From the IMG/VR virus record IMGVR_UViG_3300032227_001003, positions 1 to 34,514 of that record: DNA of 34,514 bases. One strand, given 5' to 3'. Positions 17,323 to 26,375 of this stretch are shown in pieces; the stretch's first letter is position 1, and the number at the start of each line of letters is the position of its first letter. This stretch comes from a virus. Taxonomy: Duplodnaviria > Caudoviricetes. The notes under the pieces are model-generated. The model was not told the DNA's origin. It did not search any database and saw only the letters and a list, made by a program, of their open reading frames with translations. Made by a program: the position numbers and the translations under genes.

Positions 17323-19479
17323 ATGCCTGACTCTACCGTCATCTCTGGCGTTGCCGACCTGCCTAAATTCTATTTCGCGGAGGGCGCACCGTTCCGATTG
17401 AGCCTTACTATCGGAGCGGAGTTTTCGATGACGGGCAAATTCGTGACGTTCGGAATGAGGGCGCGTTCCGGCACGGTCAGGCGCGTTTTCGGGACGGATT
17501 CCGGCGAGTCGAATCTGACCATTGCGGGGCAAGTCATCACATTGAACGTTGCGACAACCGACGCGACCGTTCCGGCCTTTGCATCTGGTTGGACCTTGGA
17601 AGATGTCCAAGCTAAGGGAGAGACCGAATACTGGGTGGATATTTCCGCGACCGAAGGCAGTGACGTTCTGTTGCGCCTTCAAGGCCAAGCCGATTGGGTG
17701 GCTCCTGGTTCCGACATCGCAGAATCTTCCGCCGTTGTTTCATCGCCAGCCATTGATGTGGATATAACGAGCGGAGCCGTCTCGGTATCGGTTGCAGTCC
17801 TCGGCGCTGCGGAACCGACGTTGACGACCAACACCGCAACCAGCGGGTTAACGGGCATTCTGAAAGCTGCAAGCAACACGCTCGACGTTGCCGTTGCAGG
17901 AACTGACTACGTCGCCACAAACGACTCCCGCTTGACCGACGCAAGGACGCCCACAAGCCACGTTCATGGGGGCATTTCCAACGCAGGCGCAATCGGCTCG
18001 ACCTCGGGCCTGCCGATCAAGACCGGAACCAGCGGAGTTCTTGAAGCTGGCGCATTCGGAACTTCAGCGGGTCAATTCGCACAAGGCAACGATGCGCGAT
18101 TCCATGATCGGTCGCATGCGGTGACCTCGACCAGCGATCACACTGCCGGGAACTGGAAGGTTTTCCACTCCAACGGCAGCGGTCAGCTTGTCGAGCTTGC
18201 CCTTGGAGCGGACGGAACCTTTCTAAAGAGCAATGGCGCGTCTCTTGCGCCTAGTTTCGCGACTCCTGCGGGAGGTGGTGGATCGTCCATCACCGGAACT
18301 GGCTTTGCTTATGTTCGATCAACAGGAAACAACTCTACCGCAGTAATCGGAAACCCAGCCTTGCCATACTTGACTGCGCAAGCGGCATGGAATGCTGGCG
18401 CGACTCGTTTTGACTTCGGCCCCGGCTCGTTTTCAATTGATGCGGCATTTGGCAGCGGCGGTGCGTCTAATGCGATTTATGTGCAGGGAGCTGGCGTTTC
18501 TGGATGCAGCCTTACCCTGACGTGGAGAGGAGAGGATGGAGTAGAGCAAAATGGTTTCACCGCGCCGGATTTAAACCTAAGCTCTGATAAAAGCGTTTAT
18601 TTAACAGTTACCATTGAAGGTGGAGATGGAACTTCTGCGGCATCGGATACTTACAACGGAGGGAATATCGCAAGTCACTACTTTTCAAACTGTTATATCG
18701 GAACCTTGACCTTAACGGCGGGAGCTGGATGCAACGGTGGAACTACAGGAGCCGACGCAACATCATCTGGCGCAGAGTTTACAACCATAGTGACGGGCGC
18801 GCTTCAAGGTTCGACCATTTATAAAAACGCAATCCTTGAGGCCGGGGTGTTTTCGCCAGATAAACTTTCCGATGGTAATAAAGGAGGCATCACCGTGGGC
18901 TCCAGCGGAACTAGCTGGAGCGTAAATGCAAACACGATACAATTTAGCAACCTTGTTACCGCCTCAGCAAAAGGGAAGATCATTGGAAGAAAAACCGCAG
19001 GGGCTGGCAATTTCGAGGAATGCGTGATCGGAGATTTTATCACGCCTGCCGCTGTTACGACCAGCAACATCACGGACACGACAGGAAATGTTGCCAACGT
19101 AACGGGCATGTCTTTTTCAATTGCCGCCAACGAAAAAGTCTCTGCTATATTTCGCGGCTTTTGGGCAACGAATACTTCTGGCTCTGGTTTCAAATATGCT
19201 TTTACTGGACCAGCCTCGCCTACCGACGTTCAGATCGGCGACTTCTCTTTTACTTCGGCCACCGCAGTCAGAACTGAATCGGGAATAACTGCATTCAGCA
19301 CAACCGCGACTCAAGGCGGCGGAACGCTGATAAATAGCGCGATGCCTATTATGATTCAGATTTACGTGTGCAACGGATCTACTCCAGGCACTGTTCAGCT
19401 TCAAGTCGGCGGAGAAGTAAACGGCTCAATTTTCACCCTTTATAAAGGCTTCACGATGCAGGTTCTCAGAATCCCATGA
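17323..19479 (+). CDS. Tail fibre / receptor-binding protein 1
   Basis: 718 aa Gly/Ser/Thr-rich; NDSRLTDARTPTSHVH fibre motif; GGGGS linker before an AT-richer distal module. Confidence 0.8.
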   Translation: MPDSTVISGVADLPKFYFAEGAPFRLSLTIGAEFSMTGKFVTFGMRARSGTVRRVFGTDSGESNLTIAGQVITLNVATTDATVPAFASGWTLEDVQAKGETEYWVDISATEGSDVLLRLQGQADWVAPGSDIAESSAVVSSPAIDVDITSGAVSVSVAVLGAAEPTLTTNTATSGLTGILKAASNTLDVAVAGTDYVATNDSRLTDARTPTSHVHGGISNAGAIGSTSGLPIKTGTSGVLEAGAFGTSAGQFAQGNDARFHDRSHAVTSTSDHTAGNWKVFHSNGSGQLVELALGADGTFLKSNGASLAPSFATPAGGGGSSITGTGFAYVRSTGNNSTAVIGNPALPYLTAQAAWNAGATRFDFGPGSFSIDAAFGSGGASNAIYVQGAGVSGCSLTLTWRGEDGVEQNGFTAPDLNLSSDKSVYLTVTIEGGDGTSAASDTYNGGNIASHYFSNCYIGTLTLTAGAGCNGGTTGADATSSGAEFTTIVTGALQGSTIYKNAILEAGVFSPDKLSDGNKGGITVGSSGTSWSVNANTIQFSNLVTASAKGKIIGRKTAGAGNFEECVIGDFITPAAVTTSNITDTTGNVANVTGMSFSIAANEKVSAIFRGFWATNTSGSGFKYAFTGPASPTDVQIGDFSFTSATAVRTESGITAFSTTATQGGGTLINSAMPIMIQIYVCNGSTPGTVQLQVGGEVNGSIFTLYKGFTMQVLRIP

Positions 19480-19895
19480 TAGCGACCATTCACGACATTC
19501 TTTCAATTGCTTGGCCAGATCGAGGCGGATGGCGCGTCTACGGAGACGAGATCAGCGCTGGAGATGGGGGCAGCGTGCCGGCGCCGCAAGAGATCGAGGC
19601 ACAACGCGCATTTGCAGAGGTCATCCTTGCAGACCGGGAGGCAACTATCAACCAACGCGCACAGGGCCGCTCTGCCCTCTACGCTGCATGGCAAGCTCTC
19701 CCCGCCTACATTCGTGGCCCATTCCGCGAAAAGTTTGAAGTCGCCAACACGCTTCTCGACGAGGGCGACGACGAAGCCGCAATCGCGATGATCGAATACG
19801 CGGAAGCGCCAACCTCCTACACAGCAGAACAAATCACCGTCTTCGCCGCAACCAAAACGGCCATGAAAGCAGGCATCGAAAATCTCTCCGCATGA
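19476..19895 (+). CDS. Tail fibre assembly chaperone (putative)
   Basis: 139 aa helical protein coupled to the fibre gene; VPAPQEIEA motif. Confidence 0.55.
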   Translation: MIATIHDILSIAWPDRGGWRVYGDEISAGDGGSVPAPQEIEAQRAFAEVILADREATINQRAQGRSALYAAWQALPAYIRGPFREKFEVANTLLDEGDDEAAIAMIEYAEAPTSYTAEQITVFAATKTAMKAGIENLSA

Positions 19896-21412
19896 AACTC
19901 TTCTTCGACCTCCGCATTGATCGCCTAGTTGCCGCACCTGGACAGGATTCTGTCATTACCGGTCTGGCCGGGAAAGCTGGAGACGGCGCGACTCCGGTTC
20001 AGCTGATTTTCGGGCGAAGCTCTGACCCGACGAGCACAACCTCGATTGTGGAAGCGCCAACCTGGACGCCGGAGAACCTGCCTGGTGGAACCGTAATCAA
20101 AATCGGCATCAAAGAGGATGGCGAATACAGCGACGGCACACTCCTCGCCTCAAATTCAACGTGGACGCACAACGCCGGAACCTACACTTACACAGGATCG
20201 CTCGACCTCAATACCAATGAGATCGACACGGCACTCGGTCGCGACGATGCCAACGCCGTGAACGACGTAGCTAGCCTTGCTTGCAGTTTCGAGCTGACCT
20301 ATCAACCCAGCGGATCCGGTGGATGGCGCAGCTCTGTCGAGCCTGTCGAGTTTACGATCTACCATGACATCCTCGTAGGCGATGAAGCCACGCCAACAAA
20401 CGCAGGAGACCCGACGCAATACCTTCTCAAGGCGAGCGGCATCGAATGGCTTCCTACCACGACAAGTCAAACTGGAGGAACTGCCGCCGATCTGGATGCC
20501 ATTGCGACGGTGGGTGTGACTGTTGGCAAGCTGGTGATGTTCAAAGATGCCGACACTTCGGATCTTTTGCGAACATATCAACTGACCGCAGGGACTGACG
20601 CCGAAAGCGCTCCAGCCGTTATTCGCCCAGACGACTACAATGCATCGACCAACGCCAAGGTTTGGAAACAACGCCAAATTGACGGCGAGTCGTTGCTTCC
20701 ATCTACCGTGTCTCAAGCGGAAGCGGAGGCCGGAACGGCAACAACAAACAGACTATGGACGGCGGAACGTGTGAAGCAATCCATCGCCGCCTTGGAATCA
20801 ACAAAAGGTCTCGCTTCCAGCGTGGCGAATGAAGTCGTTCTTTTCAACGGAACCGATGGAAGGCAGCTCAAGAGGGCAACTACCACGGGCATCGCGAAGC
20901 TCACCAGCGGCGTCTTGTCTGCCGCGACCGCTGGCACTGATTACTTGGCAGGGGGAGCGGTCACATCGAGTGGCTTAACGATGTCAACCGATCGCCTTTT
21001 GGGGCGAACGACCGCAAGTAATGGCGCCGTTCAAGAAATAAGCATTGGAGCTGGTTTAACTCTTTCAAGTCTGAGTCTTTCTGCCACTTCTATCGGTCAC
21101 GTTCCGTTGTCTGTGACCACAGTGAGCACATCTTCAACGCTTGGGGCTGGCGTCAGCGGAAACTACATAGAAGTAACCGGCACAGGCGCTGTGACAATTA
21201 CCATTTCAGCCTATTCGTTTCAAGCGTGGCCCATTGGTTCGCACTTTTGGATCGTAAATCGTAAATCAAGTGGCAATCTTACAATTGAGGGCGCTGCCGG
21301 CGTCACCGTGGTATACGCGGGATCAAGCTCGGGATCATTCTCCCTAGCAAGTACCGAAAGGGCGGTTCATCTTTGGAATTCAGCCCAAGACGTCTGGCGC
21401 GTCATCTCCTAA
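19892..21412 (+). CDS. Tail fibre / baseplate-anchored protein 2
   Basis: N-terminal anchor-like domain, VIRPDDY, SQAEAEAGT...WTAERVKQ fibre repeats, C-terminal beta-sandwich. Confidence 0.75.
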   Translation: MKLFFDLRIDRLVAAPGQDSVITGLAGKAGDGATPVQLIFGRSSDPTSTTSIVEAPTWTPENLPGGTVIKIGIKEDGEYSDGTLLASNSTWTHNAGTYTYTGSLDLNTNEIDTALGRDDANAVNDVASLACSFELTYQPSGSGGWRSSVEPVEFTIYHDILVGDEATPTNAGDPTQYLLKASGIEWLPTTTSQTGGTAADLDAIATVGVTVGKLVMFKDADTSDLLRTYQLTAGTDAESAPAVIRPDDYNASTNAKVWKQRQIDGESLLPSTVSQAEAEAGTATTNRLWTAERVKQSIAALESTKGLASSVANEVVLFNGTDGRQLKRATTTGIAKLTSGVLSAATAGTDYLAGGAVTSSGLTMSTDRLLGRTTASNGAVQEISIGAGLTLSSLSLSATSIGHVPLSVTTVSTSSTLGAGVSGNYIEVTGTGAVTITISAYSFQAWPIGSHFWIVNRKSSGNLTIEGAAGVTVVYAGSSSGSFSLASTERAVHLWNSAQDVWRVIS

Positions 21413-21414
21413 CC

Positions 21415-21669
21415 ATGACAACTCAAAAAGCCACCGCATTAACGAAGGAATACGGCGTTCAGATCTCCATCGGCCTTCTACTCGTTCTAGGGGCTGGCGT
21501 GTGGAACCTATCGCGAGCCGCGTTTAAGATTGAAGCTCGCCTTGAGGGCATCGAGCGCAATCAATGGTCAATCGAAATGGAGCGCGAGGTATGGCACAAT
21601 GTGAGCAAGTCGAATCCGATGATCCAAGCGCCGGATATAAACGCGATTATTTCGATCTTTCGGTATTAA
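21415..21669 (+). CDS. Small membrane protein with one TM helix and coiled coil
   Basis: ISIGLLLVLGAGVW followed by KIEARLEGIERN. Confidence 0.6.
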   Translation: MTTQKATALTKEYGVQISIGLLLVLGAGVWNLSRAAFKIEARLEGIERNQWSIEMEREVWHNVSKSNPMIQAPDINAIISIFRY

Positions 21670-22340
21670 GTCAGCCACGCCGATGGAGTAATTGAGCCTG
21701 AAATGCTTAAAATGTCGACTCCTTTTAAGGTCCATTCGTCACCGCAAACGGTTAACCCATTAAATTCTGGGCCTTCCACGCCTGAAGATGCCGCGCTCCC
21801 GCCTTCGCCCTCTCCGTTATCGTAACCGCAGTCAAAGACTGATCCAATCGTCCACTCATCGCGAAAAGGCACATAGATAATGAGTTCGGGGTTAAACCAA
21901 ATTCTGATTGAATTGTTTGGCCCATCTTCTTGCTCTTCGTTAAACTCCTCGTAACGGGTAAAGCTTGATTCAAATTCATATTCATTGTTGAACGGATTCA
22001 CAAAACGGCTAAACGCTTTTTTTAATGTTGTAATAGCAGTGCCCTCAACAGACCCGTCACTGTCGCGGAAGATTCCCCGGGTAAAATTTCCAGACCACGC
22101 AGCGGAACCTACCTCGGTGGAAAGCGACACATCAAAATGGTATTCAGACGCAAAAGCCAACGCAACTAGCGATTTCGGAGGTCTGCGAAGCTCTCCTGTT
22201 CCAGGAACCCAAAACCTGTAATCGTTTCGCACTTCAGTTGTTAGATCTAAATAAATTGGGTATGGATACGCAGCAATCTGTTGCCGCTCAAATTCCGCTG
22301 AGCCAACTGGATGGATGCCGGTCCTGTAATCGTAACTCAT
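21666..22340 (-). CDS. Putative tail tip protein
   Basis: Last gene of the tape-measure operon; acidic/aromatic. Confidence 0.55.
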   Translation of the reverse strand: MSYDYRTGIHPVGSAEFERQQIAAYPYPIYLDLTTEVRNDYRFWVPGTGELRRPPKSLVALAFASEYHFDVSLSTEVGSAAWSGNFTRGIFRDSDGSVEGTAITTLKKAFSRFVNPFNNEYEFESSFTRYEEFNEEQEDGPNNSIRIWFNPELIIYVPFRDEWTIGSVFDCGYDNGEGEGGSAASSGVEGPEFNGLTVCGDEWTLKGVDILSISGSITPSAWLT

Positions 22341-22975
22341 GCCGCTTTTTGTGCTATGACAAAGCCCGGAAGTTGGACAAACTCACCGTTTGGCGTCCTG
22401 TAAATCCCATATTGAATCGCGAGATGATTAAAACAAAGTTGCTCCGCGTAGATGCCCTCACTGATTAGAGTCGAGGAATCACTGGACTCAGAAACGAATT
22501 TCCAAAGCGGAAAATGCCTTTCGATAAATTCAAAGTCCTCTCCTTCAATTGTTCCGTTGTAAGTCACTTGATAGCCCAAATCCTCTGGCCATTGGGGCAA
22601 AAAGACAAGCTCACAAGCTGTTGGATCTTCTTCGTCGATTTTCAGCGCGATGTATCCGTCTGCTGCAACCGTAAAAATCTCATCAGGGTTGGAAATTGTG
22701 AGAGTAAGAGTGATCGAATCGGAGCTTTGTAGAACGGTCCCAACCTCGATACTGACTTCCGCAGCTTCGCGATCAACTACCGTTAATGGCCACGCTGGGA
22801 AAAACACTTGCTCTCCTCCTGCTCCAATTTTTGGCGGCAACCATCCTTGCGCCGTCTCGCTCCACCCCGGCCTCCCGCCGGGGTTGACGCTCGTTCGTTG
22901 CGCGTATTCGGCCACACGGTTGAGAGCTTCAACCATCCACTTGTTGCCCGATTTAAACTCTGGCCTCTTCATCAT
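22337..22975 (-). CDS. Putative tail tip/hub protein
   Basis: ATGA-coupled within the tape-measure operon. Confidence 0.55.
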   Translation of the reverse strand: MMKRPEFKSGNKWMVEALNRVAEYAQRTSVNPGGRPGWSETAQGWLPPKIGAGGEQVFFPAWPLTVVDREAAEVSIEVGTVLQSSDSITLTLTISNPDEIFTVAADGYIALKIDEEDPTACELVFLPQWPEDLGYQVTYNGTIEGEDFEFIERHFPLWKFVSESSDSSTLISEGIYAEQLCFNHLAIQYGIYRTPNGEFVQLPGFVIAQKAA

Positions 22976-23580
22976 GACGATACCGGTTCAATGAGGTTCT
23001 CCCACGACTCCACAACCGCCCAGACGCTGGGAGCCAATCGCGTCCTTGTGAATTGAGCGAGCCTTCCGACAGGCTTATACCTGCCCGAGATGCTGCCGGT
23101 GTATTTAGGAGGATCTGGCTGGAATAGAAGGTTTGTCGGAAGTGAGCTTGGAACAATGCCTGGAAACAACGGCCTTGTTGGAGAGTAAATTCCCCGGTAA
23201 ATCCATCGCACCGTGGTGGCTTGGGCGAAATATCGGAACGAGATGTTTTCATCGGCGTCTGTGTTGATCGTGACACTTTGCGAGGAAATGCTGTCCTCGA
23301 TGTCAACGATGCCGTTGTCGCTCGTTGCGTCGATGTATCCGATGAAGTTTAAGGTCAATTCAGCAACCGGGCCACGGTCGATGGAGTCCTTGGTTTCCAA
23401 ATACATGTTCGGATAGTTCGTGTGTCTCGTGCCTCGCTTCCATTTTGCTTTTTCTGCCGCTAGGCCCGAATTGATTCCGCGTAATACAACGGTTAAACCG
23501 TCGAGGCCGGATCGTGAAACCGTCTCTTGAACGGAGACTTCGCGGAATGTCGTTGTTCCTTTTCCTATTGGGGTGGGCAT
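22972..23580 (-). CDS. Putative distal tail protein
   Basis: Immediately downstream of the tape measure gene; beta-rich 202 aa. Confidence 0.55.
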   Translation of the reverse strand: MPTPIGKGTTTFREVSVQETVSRSGLDGLTVVLRGINSGLAAEKAKWKRGTRHTNYPNMYLETKDSIDRGPVAELTLNFIGYIDATSDNGIVDIEDSISSQSVTINTDADENISFRYFAQATTVRWIYRGIYSPTRPLFPGIVPSSLPTNLLFQPDPPKYTGSISGRYKPVGRLAQFTRTRLAPSVWAVVESWENLIEPVSS

Positions 23581-23581
23581 G

Positions 23582-25321
23582 TCAGTTCACGGTGAGGGCT
23601 TGGCCGATCTTGCTTTCGATGGATTCAAGGGAGGAGACTTGTTTCTCTTGGAGCGTGAGGTTCTTTTTGTCTCCCTTGTCATCGCCGCTTGTGCGCAGGC
23701 GACGCTTTTCGCCTAGGCCGGTAGTAAAACCAGGTCCGCCGACTCCTGCGATTCCAGCAAAACGTCCAGTTTTTGGCACGCCGTTTTCGTCCACTCCGTA
23801 GCGATTCGACATCGAAAACGCGTTTCCAGTTCCAATTGCAAGTCCAGCTGCGCGGTTTGATTGCATCTGCGCAAGTGCATTAAGTCCGCCAAACGTAGTT
23901 CCGCCAACTCCCGCGCCGTTATATTTATCAGCCTGCATTTGATACAACCCACCAAGCCCACCAAAACCTGCTTTTTTGTATTCTGCTGCTTTTGCCGCTA
24001 GATCCTCCCCGCCCGTAGTCGCTTCCGGTGATGTCGCCGCCGTTATGGCCCCCGAGTATTTTGCCATTACATCGCCTAAAGAATCCAGCGGACGGAAAGC
24101 ATCCGCGAGAACGTCAACAATCGGCTGGATTTTATCGGCTCCACGCGTTCCAAGGTCATCAAGCCATTTTGTAAGGGGGCTTTTCTCGCCCTTGCCAGAT
24201 AGCGCCTCCATGATGTCATTGCCACTAAAAACGGCTTTCAAAGCATCTTGAAATTGAGCCAAGGGTCTTAGCAGAGAGGCGGTCATGATGTTTGCAAGCC
24301 CACTCCAGTAATCGGGTGACGAGAGCGCGAGAAAGGTCGCCGAAATTACCTCTCCGATTCGCTGCCAGATTTGAAAAGCCTTATAAGCGCCGTCAACGAA
24401 TGACATAATTCCGGCAACCATTTCGGGAATCTTTGCGCCGAGGTCTTGTCCCATCTTTGCAAAATCAATTGTCCCAAGTTTTCCAATCAGGATGTTCATG
24501 CCAGGAATAAGCGCTTCCATGATCGGCTTTCCAATATCGGCAAGCCCCATGTTGATTGAATCTGTAAGCGTAGACCAAACCCCGTTGAAGGTTTTTGACT
24601 GCTTTTCCATCATTCCGAAAAACTGCCCGCCTTGCGAAGTCAGTGAAACGAAAGCGGTCTCAAGCATTGGAAACGTAATCTTACCTTCCGAAGCTAACTT
24701 TTTGACTTCACCTTGAGAAACTCCGAGCTGTTTCGCGAACTCTTGAATAATTGGAATCCCGCGCCCGGTTAGCTGATTGATGTCTTCGGAGAAAAGAGTC
24801 CCTTGGACTCTGGCTTTGCCATAAAGCTCAGCAATCTCGCCGATTGGAGCCATGACTCCGCTTGAAACATCCCCGACTCTGCGGAGCGTTTCAGCAACGG
24901 TATCGGCAGACTCGCCAAAGGCGAGCAACATCCGACCTGCTCCGGCAAGCTCTGGGAACTCAAAAGGAGTTTCCGCCCCTAGTTTTTGAAGTTCGCCAAG
25001 AACCTTTTGAGCAGATTCAGCACTTCCAAGCATCGTCTCAAATGCAACGGATGTTGATTGCATGTCTGCCGCTAATTTAACGCCCTTAAACAAAGCTGCC
25101 GCAGAGGCGGCGGCGGCAGTTGCGACTCCAAGTGCCGCAAATTTGACCGTTGCAGCGCCTGCGCTCTTAACAAGGCCGCCGATTGCACCGCTTGCGCTGC
25201 CCAACGATTGGCCAATCTTAGTGCCGGTAGTTGCGGCCAGCCCTCCAGCTCGTCGCATCGTCGCAGCGAATCCCGTCATGTCTGCCGAGATCGTCGTCTT
25301 TAGGTCTGCTTTTGCGGCCAT
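23582..25321 (-). CDS. Tail tape measure protein
   Basis: AFETMLGS...ETPFEF...LRRVGDV...YGKARVQG...DINQLTGRGIPI...QSKTFNGVWSTLTD tape-measure domain. Confidence 0.93.
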   Translation of the reverse strand: MAAKADLKTTISADMTGFAATMRRAGGLAATTGTKIGQSLGSASGAIGGLVKSAGAATVKFAALGVATAAAASAAALFKGVKLAADMQSTSVAFETMLGSAESAQKVLGELQKLGAETPFEFPELAGAGRMLLAFGESADTVAETLRRVGDVSSGVMAPIGEIAELYGKARVQGTLFSEDINQLTGRGIPIIQEFAKQLGVSQGEVKKLASEGKITFPMLETAFVSLTSQGGQFFGMMEKQSKTFNGVWSTLTDSINMGLADIGKPIMEALIPGMNILIGKLGTIDFAKMGQDLGAKIPEMVAGIMSFVDGAYKAFQIWQRIGEVISATFLALSSPDYWSGLANIMTASLLRPLAQFQDALKAVFSGNDIMEALSGKGEKSPLTKWLDDLGTRGADKIQPIVDVLADAFRPLDSLGDVMAKYSGAITAATSPEATTGGEDLAAKAAEYKKAGFGGLGGLYQMQADKYNGAGVGGTTFGGLNALAQMQSNRAAGLAIGTGNAFSMSNRYGVDENGVPKTGRFAGIAGVGGPGFTTGLGEKRRLRTSGDDKGDKKNLTLQEKQVSSLESIESKIGQALTVN

Positions 25322-25393
25322 GTTGCAATCCCTCTACAAAACAAAGAAGATTTTCAACTTGCGTTTTTCTTTTGTTTTGTCGAGTCCTCCGAC
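25322..25393. promoter_or_regulatory. Back-to-back late-promoter motif copies 5 (minus) and 6 (plus)
   Basis: Minus: TTG 25357, GTTTTGT 25342, ATG 25321. Plus: TTG 25359, GTTTTGT 25374, ATG 25394. Centre TCAACTTGC. Confidence 0.8.
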
Positions 25394-25570
25394 ATGGACA
25401 CGAAACTTCTTCTTGGTCTACTTCTCCGTCACGGTCTGACCATCGCGGGTGGCTACGCAACTGGAGCCGGTATTGTCTCACAGGCCGATCTCCAGACCGG
25501 TATCGGTGCGGCGGTGGCCCTCGTCGGTATTGTCATGTCGGCGCTGGAAAAGCGGAAGCGGGTAAAATGA
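25394..25570 (+). CDS. Putative holin (58 aa, absent from the ORF track)
   Basis: MDTKLLLGLLLRHGLTIAGGY...IGAAVALVGIVMSALEKRKRVK: two hydrophobic segments and a basic C-terminus; ATGA-coupled to the endolysin. Confidence 0.75.
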   Translation: MDTKLLLGLLLRHGLTIAGGYATGAGIVSQADLQTGIGAAVALVGIVMSALEKRKRVK

Positions 25571-26214
25571 GCCTCGATATTAAAAGCCTCGCGCAACCTG
25601 ACGCCGTGCTAATCCAGCACGGCCTCCGCGCAGTTGGCTTTTACGACGGGACGACGAACGGCAATCCCGGCAACCTGACGCTCGATGCCTACAAACGCTA
25701 CCTTGCAAGCCTAGCAGCGGTTGAGCAGCCGGGAAACAGTCTGGCCGCAAAGCTCGTTGGGATCCTCAAACGCGAGGAGGGCGTCCGCGAGCAGCCCGTC
25801 AACACTAACCGGGGCAAGCGCGTCGAGGAGTATCAATCCGCCACTTGGTTACCAGGTTCCGGCTGGGCCTGGTGCGCCGCGTTTATCTGTTGGGGAGTGC
25901 GCGAACTCGAGAAGCTCGCAGACCTGCCATTCCCACGACCGCAGACCGCAGGCGCATGGGACTTTGAAAGATGGGCAAAGGAGGACGCAGGGCCGACGGT
26001 CAAGCTCCACAAGCCGAAGCAAGAGATCAAGGCCGGGGACATCGTGATTTTTACTTTCTCCCACATCGGCCTCGCCATCGAGGACGAAAAGCACGGCATG
26101 GTCACGACGGTTGAGGGCAACACCTCAACAAGCGGATCCCGAGAGGGAGGGGGCGTTTACATCCAAGAGCGGAAAACCTCTCTCATCCGTTCGCACATTC
26201 GACTTTTTGCATGA
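25567..26214 (+). CDS. Endolysin, peptidoglycan-binding + CHAP domain
   Basis: IQHGLRAVGFYDG...G..T PG-binding-like motif; WCAAFICW, AGDIVIF, SHIGL, TVEGNT. Confidence 0.88.
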   Translation: MSLDIKSLAQPDAVLIQHGLRAVGFYDGTTNGNPGNLTLDAYKRYLASLAAVEQPGNSLAAKLVGILKREEGVREQPVNTNRGKRVEEYQSATWLPGSGWAWCAAFICWGVRELEKLADLPFPRPQTAGAWDFERWAKEDAGPTVKLHKPKQEIKAGDIVIFTFSHIGLAIEDEKHGMVTTVEGNTSTSGSREGGGVYIQERKTSLIRSHIRLFA

Positions 26215-26330
26215 TCCCATCCGCCATCTTCGGCGCTCTCTTGATGATCGGGGCTTTTGTCCTAGTCCTCAAATGCAGCCGAGACGATGACGACGACGAT
26301 TTTCCTGATTACCCGAGCGGCTACCGATAA
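26211..26330 (+). CDS. Small membrane peptide (39 aa)
   Basis: MIPSAIFGALLMIGAFVLVLKCSRDDDDDDFPDYPSGYR; ATGA overlap with the endolysin stop. Confidence 0.55.
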   Translation: MIPSAIFGALLMIGAFVLVLKCSRDDDDDDFPDYPSGYR

Positions 26331-26375
26331 TATGGGCGATTTCAGAGACTATCCTAAAGGCTACCGATAATATGG
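26295..26375 (+). repeat. Imperfect 40-bp tandem duplication with exact core GGCTACCGATAATATGG
   Basis: Core at 26319-26335 and 26359-26375. Confidence 0.85.

Noticed and set aside
17323-21412. Diversity-generating retroelement acting on the fibres
   Set aside because: No reverse transcriptase and no template/variable repeat pair seen.
25231-25566. Long N-terminal extension of the endolysin in the ORF track
   Set aside because: It overlaps the tape measure start, the promoter pair and the holin; the real start is most likely ATG 25567.
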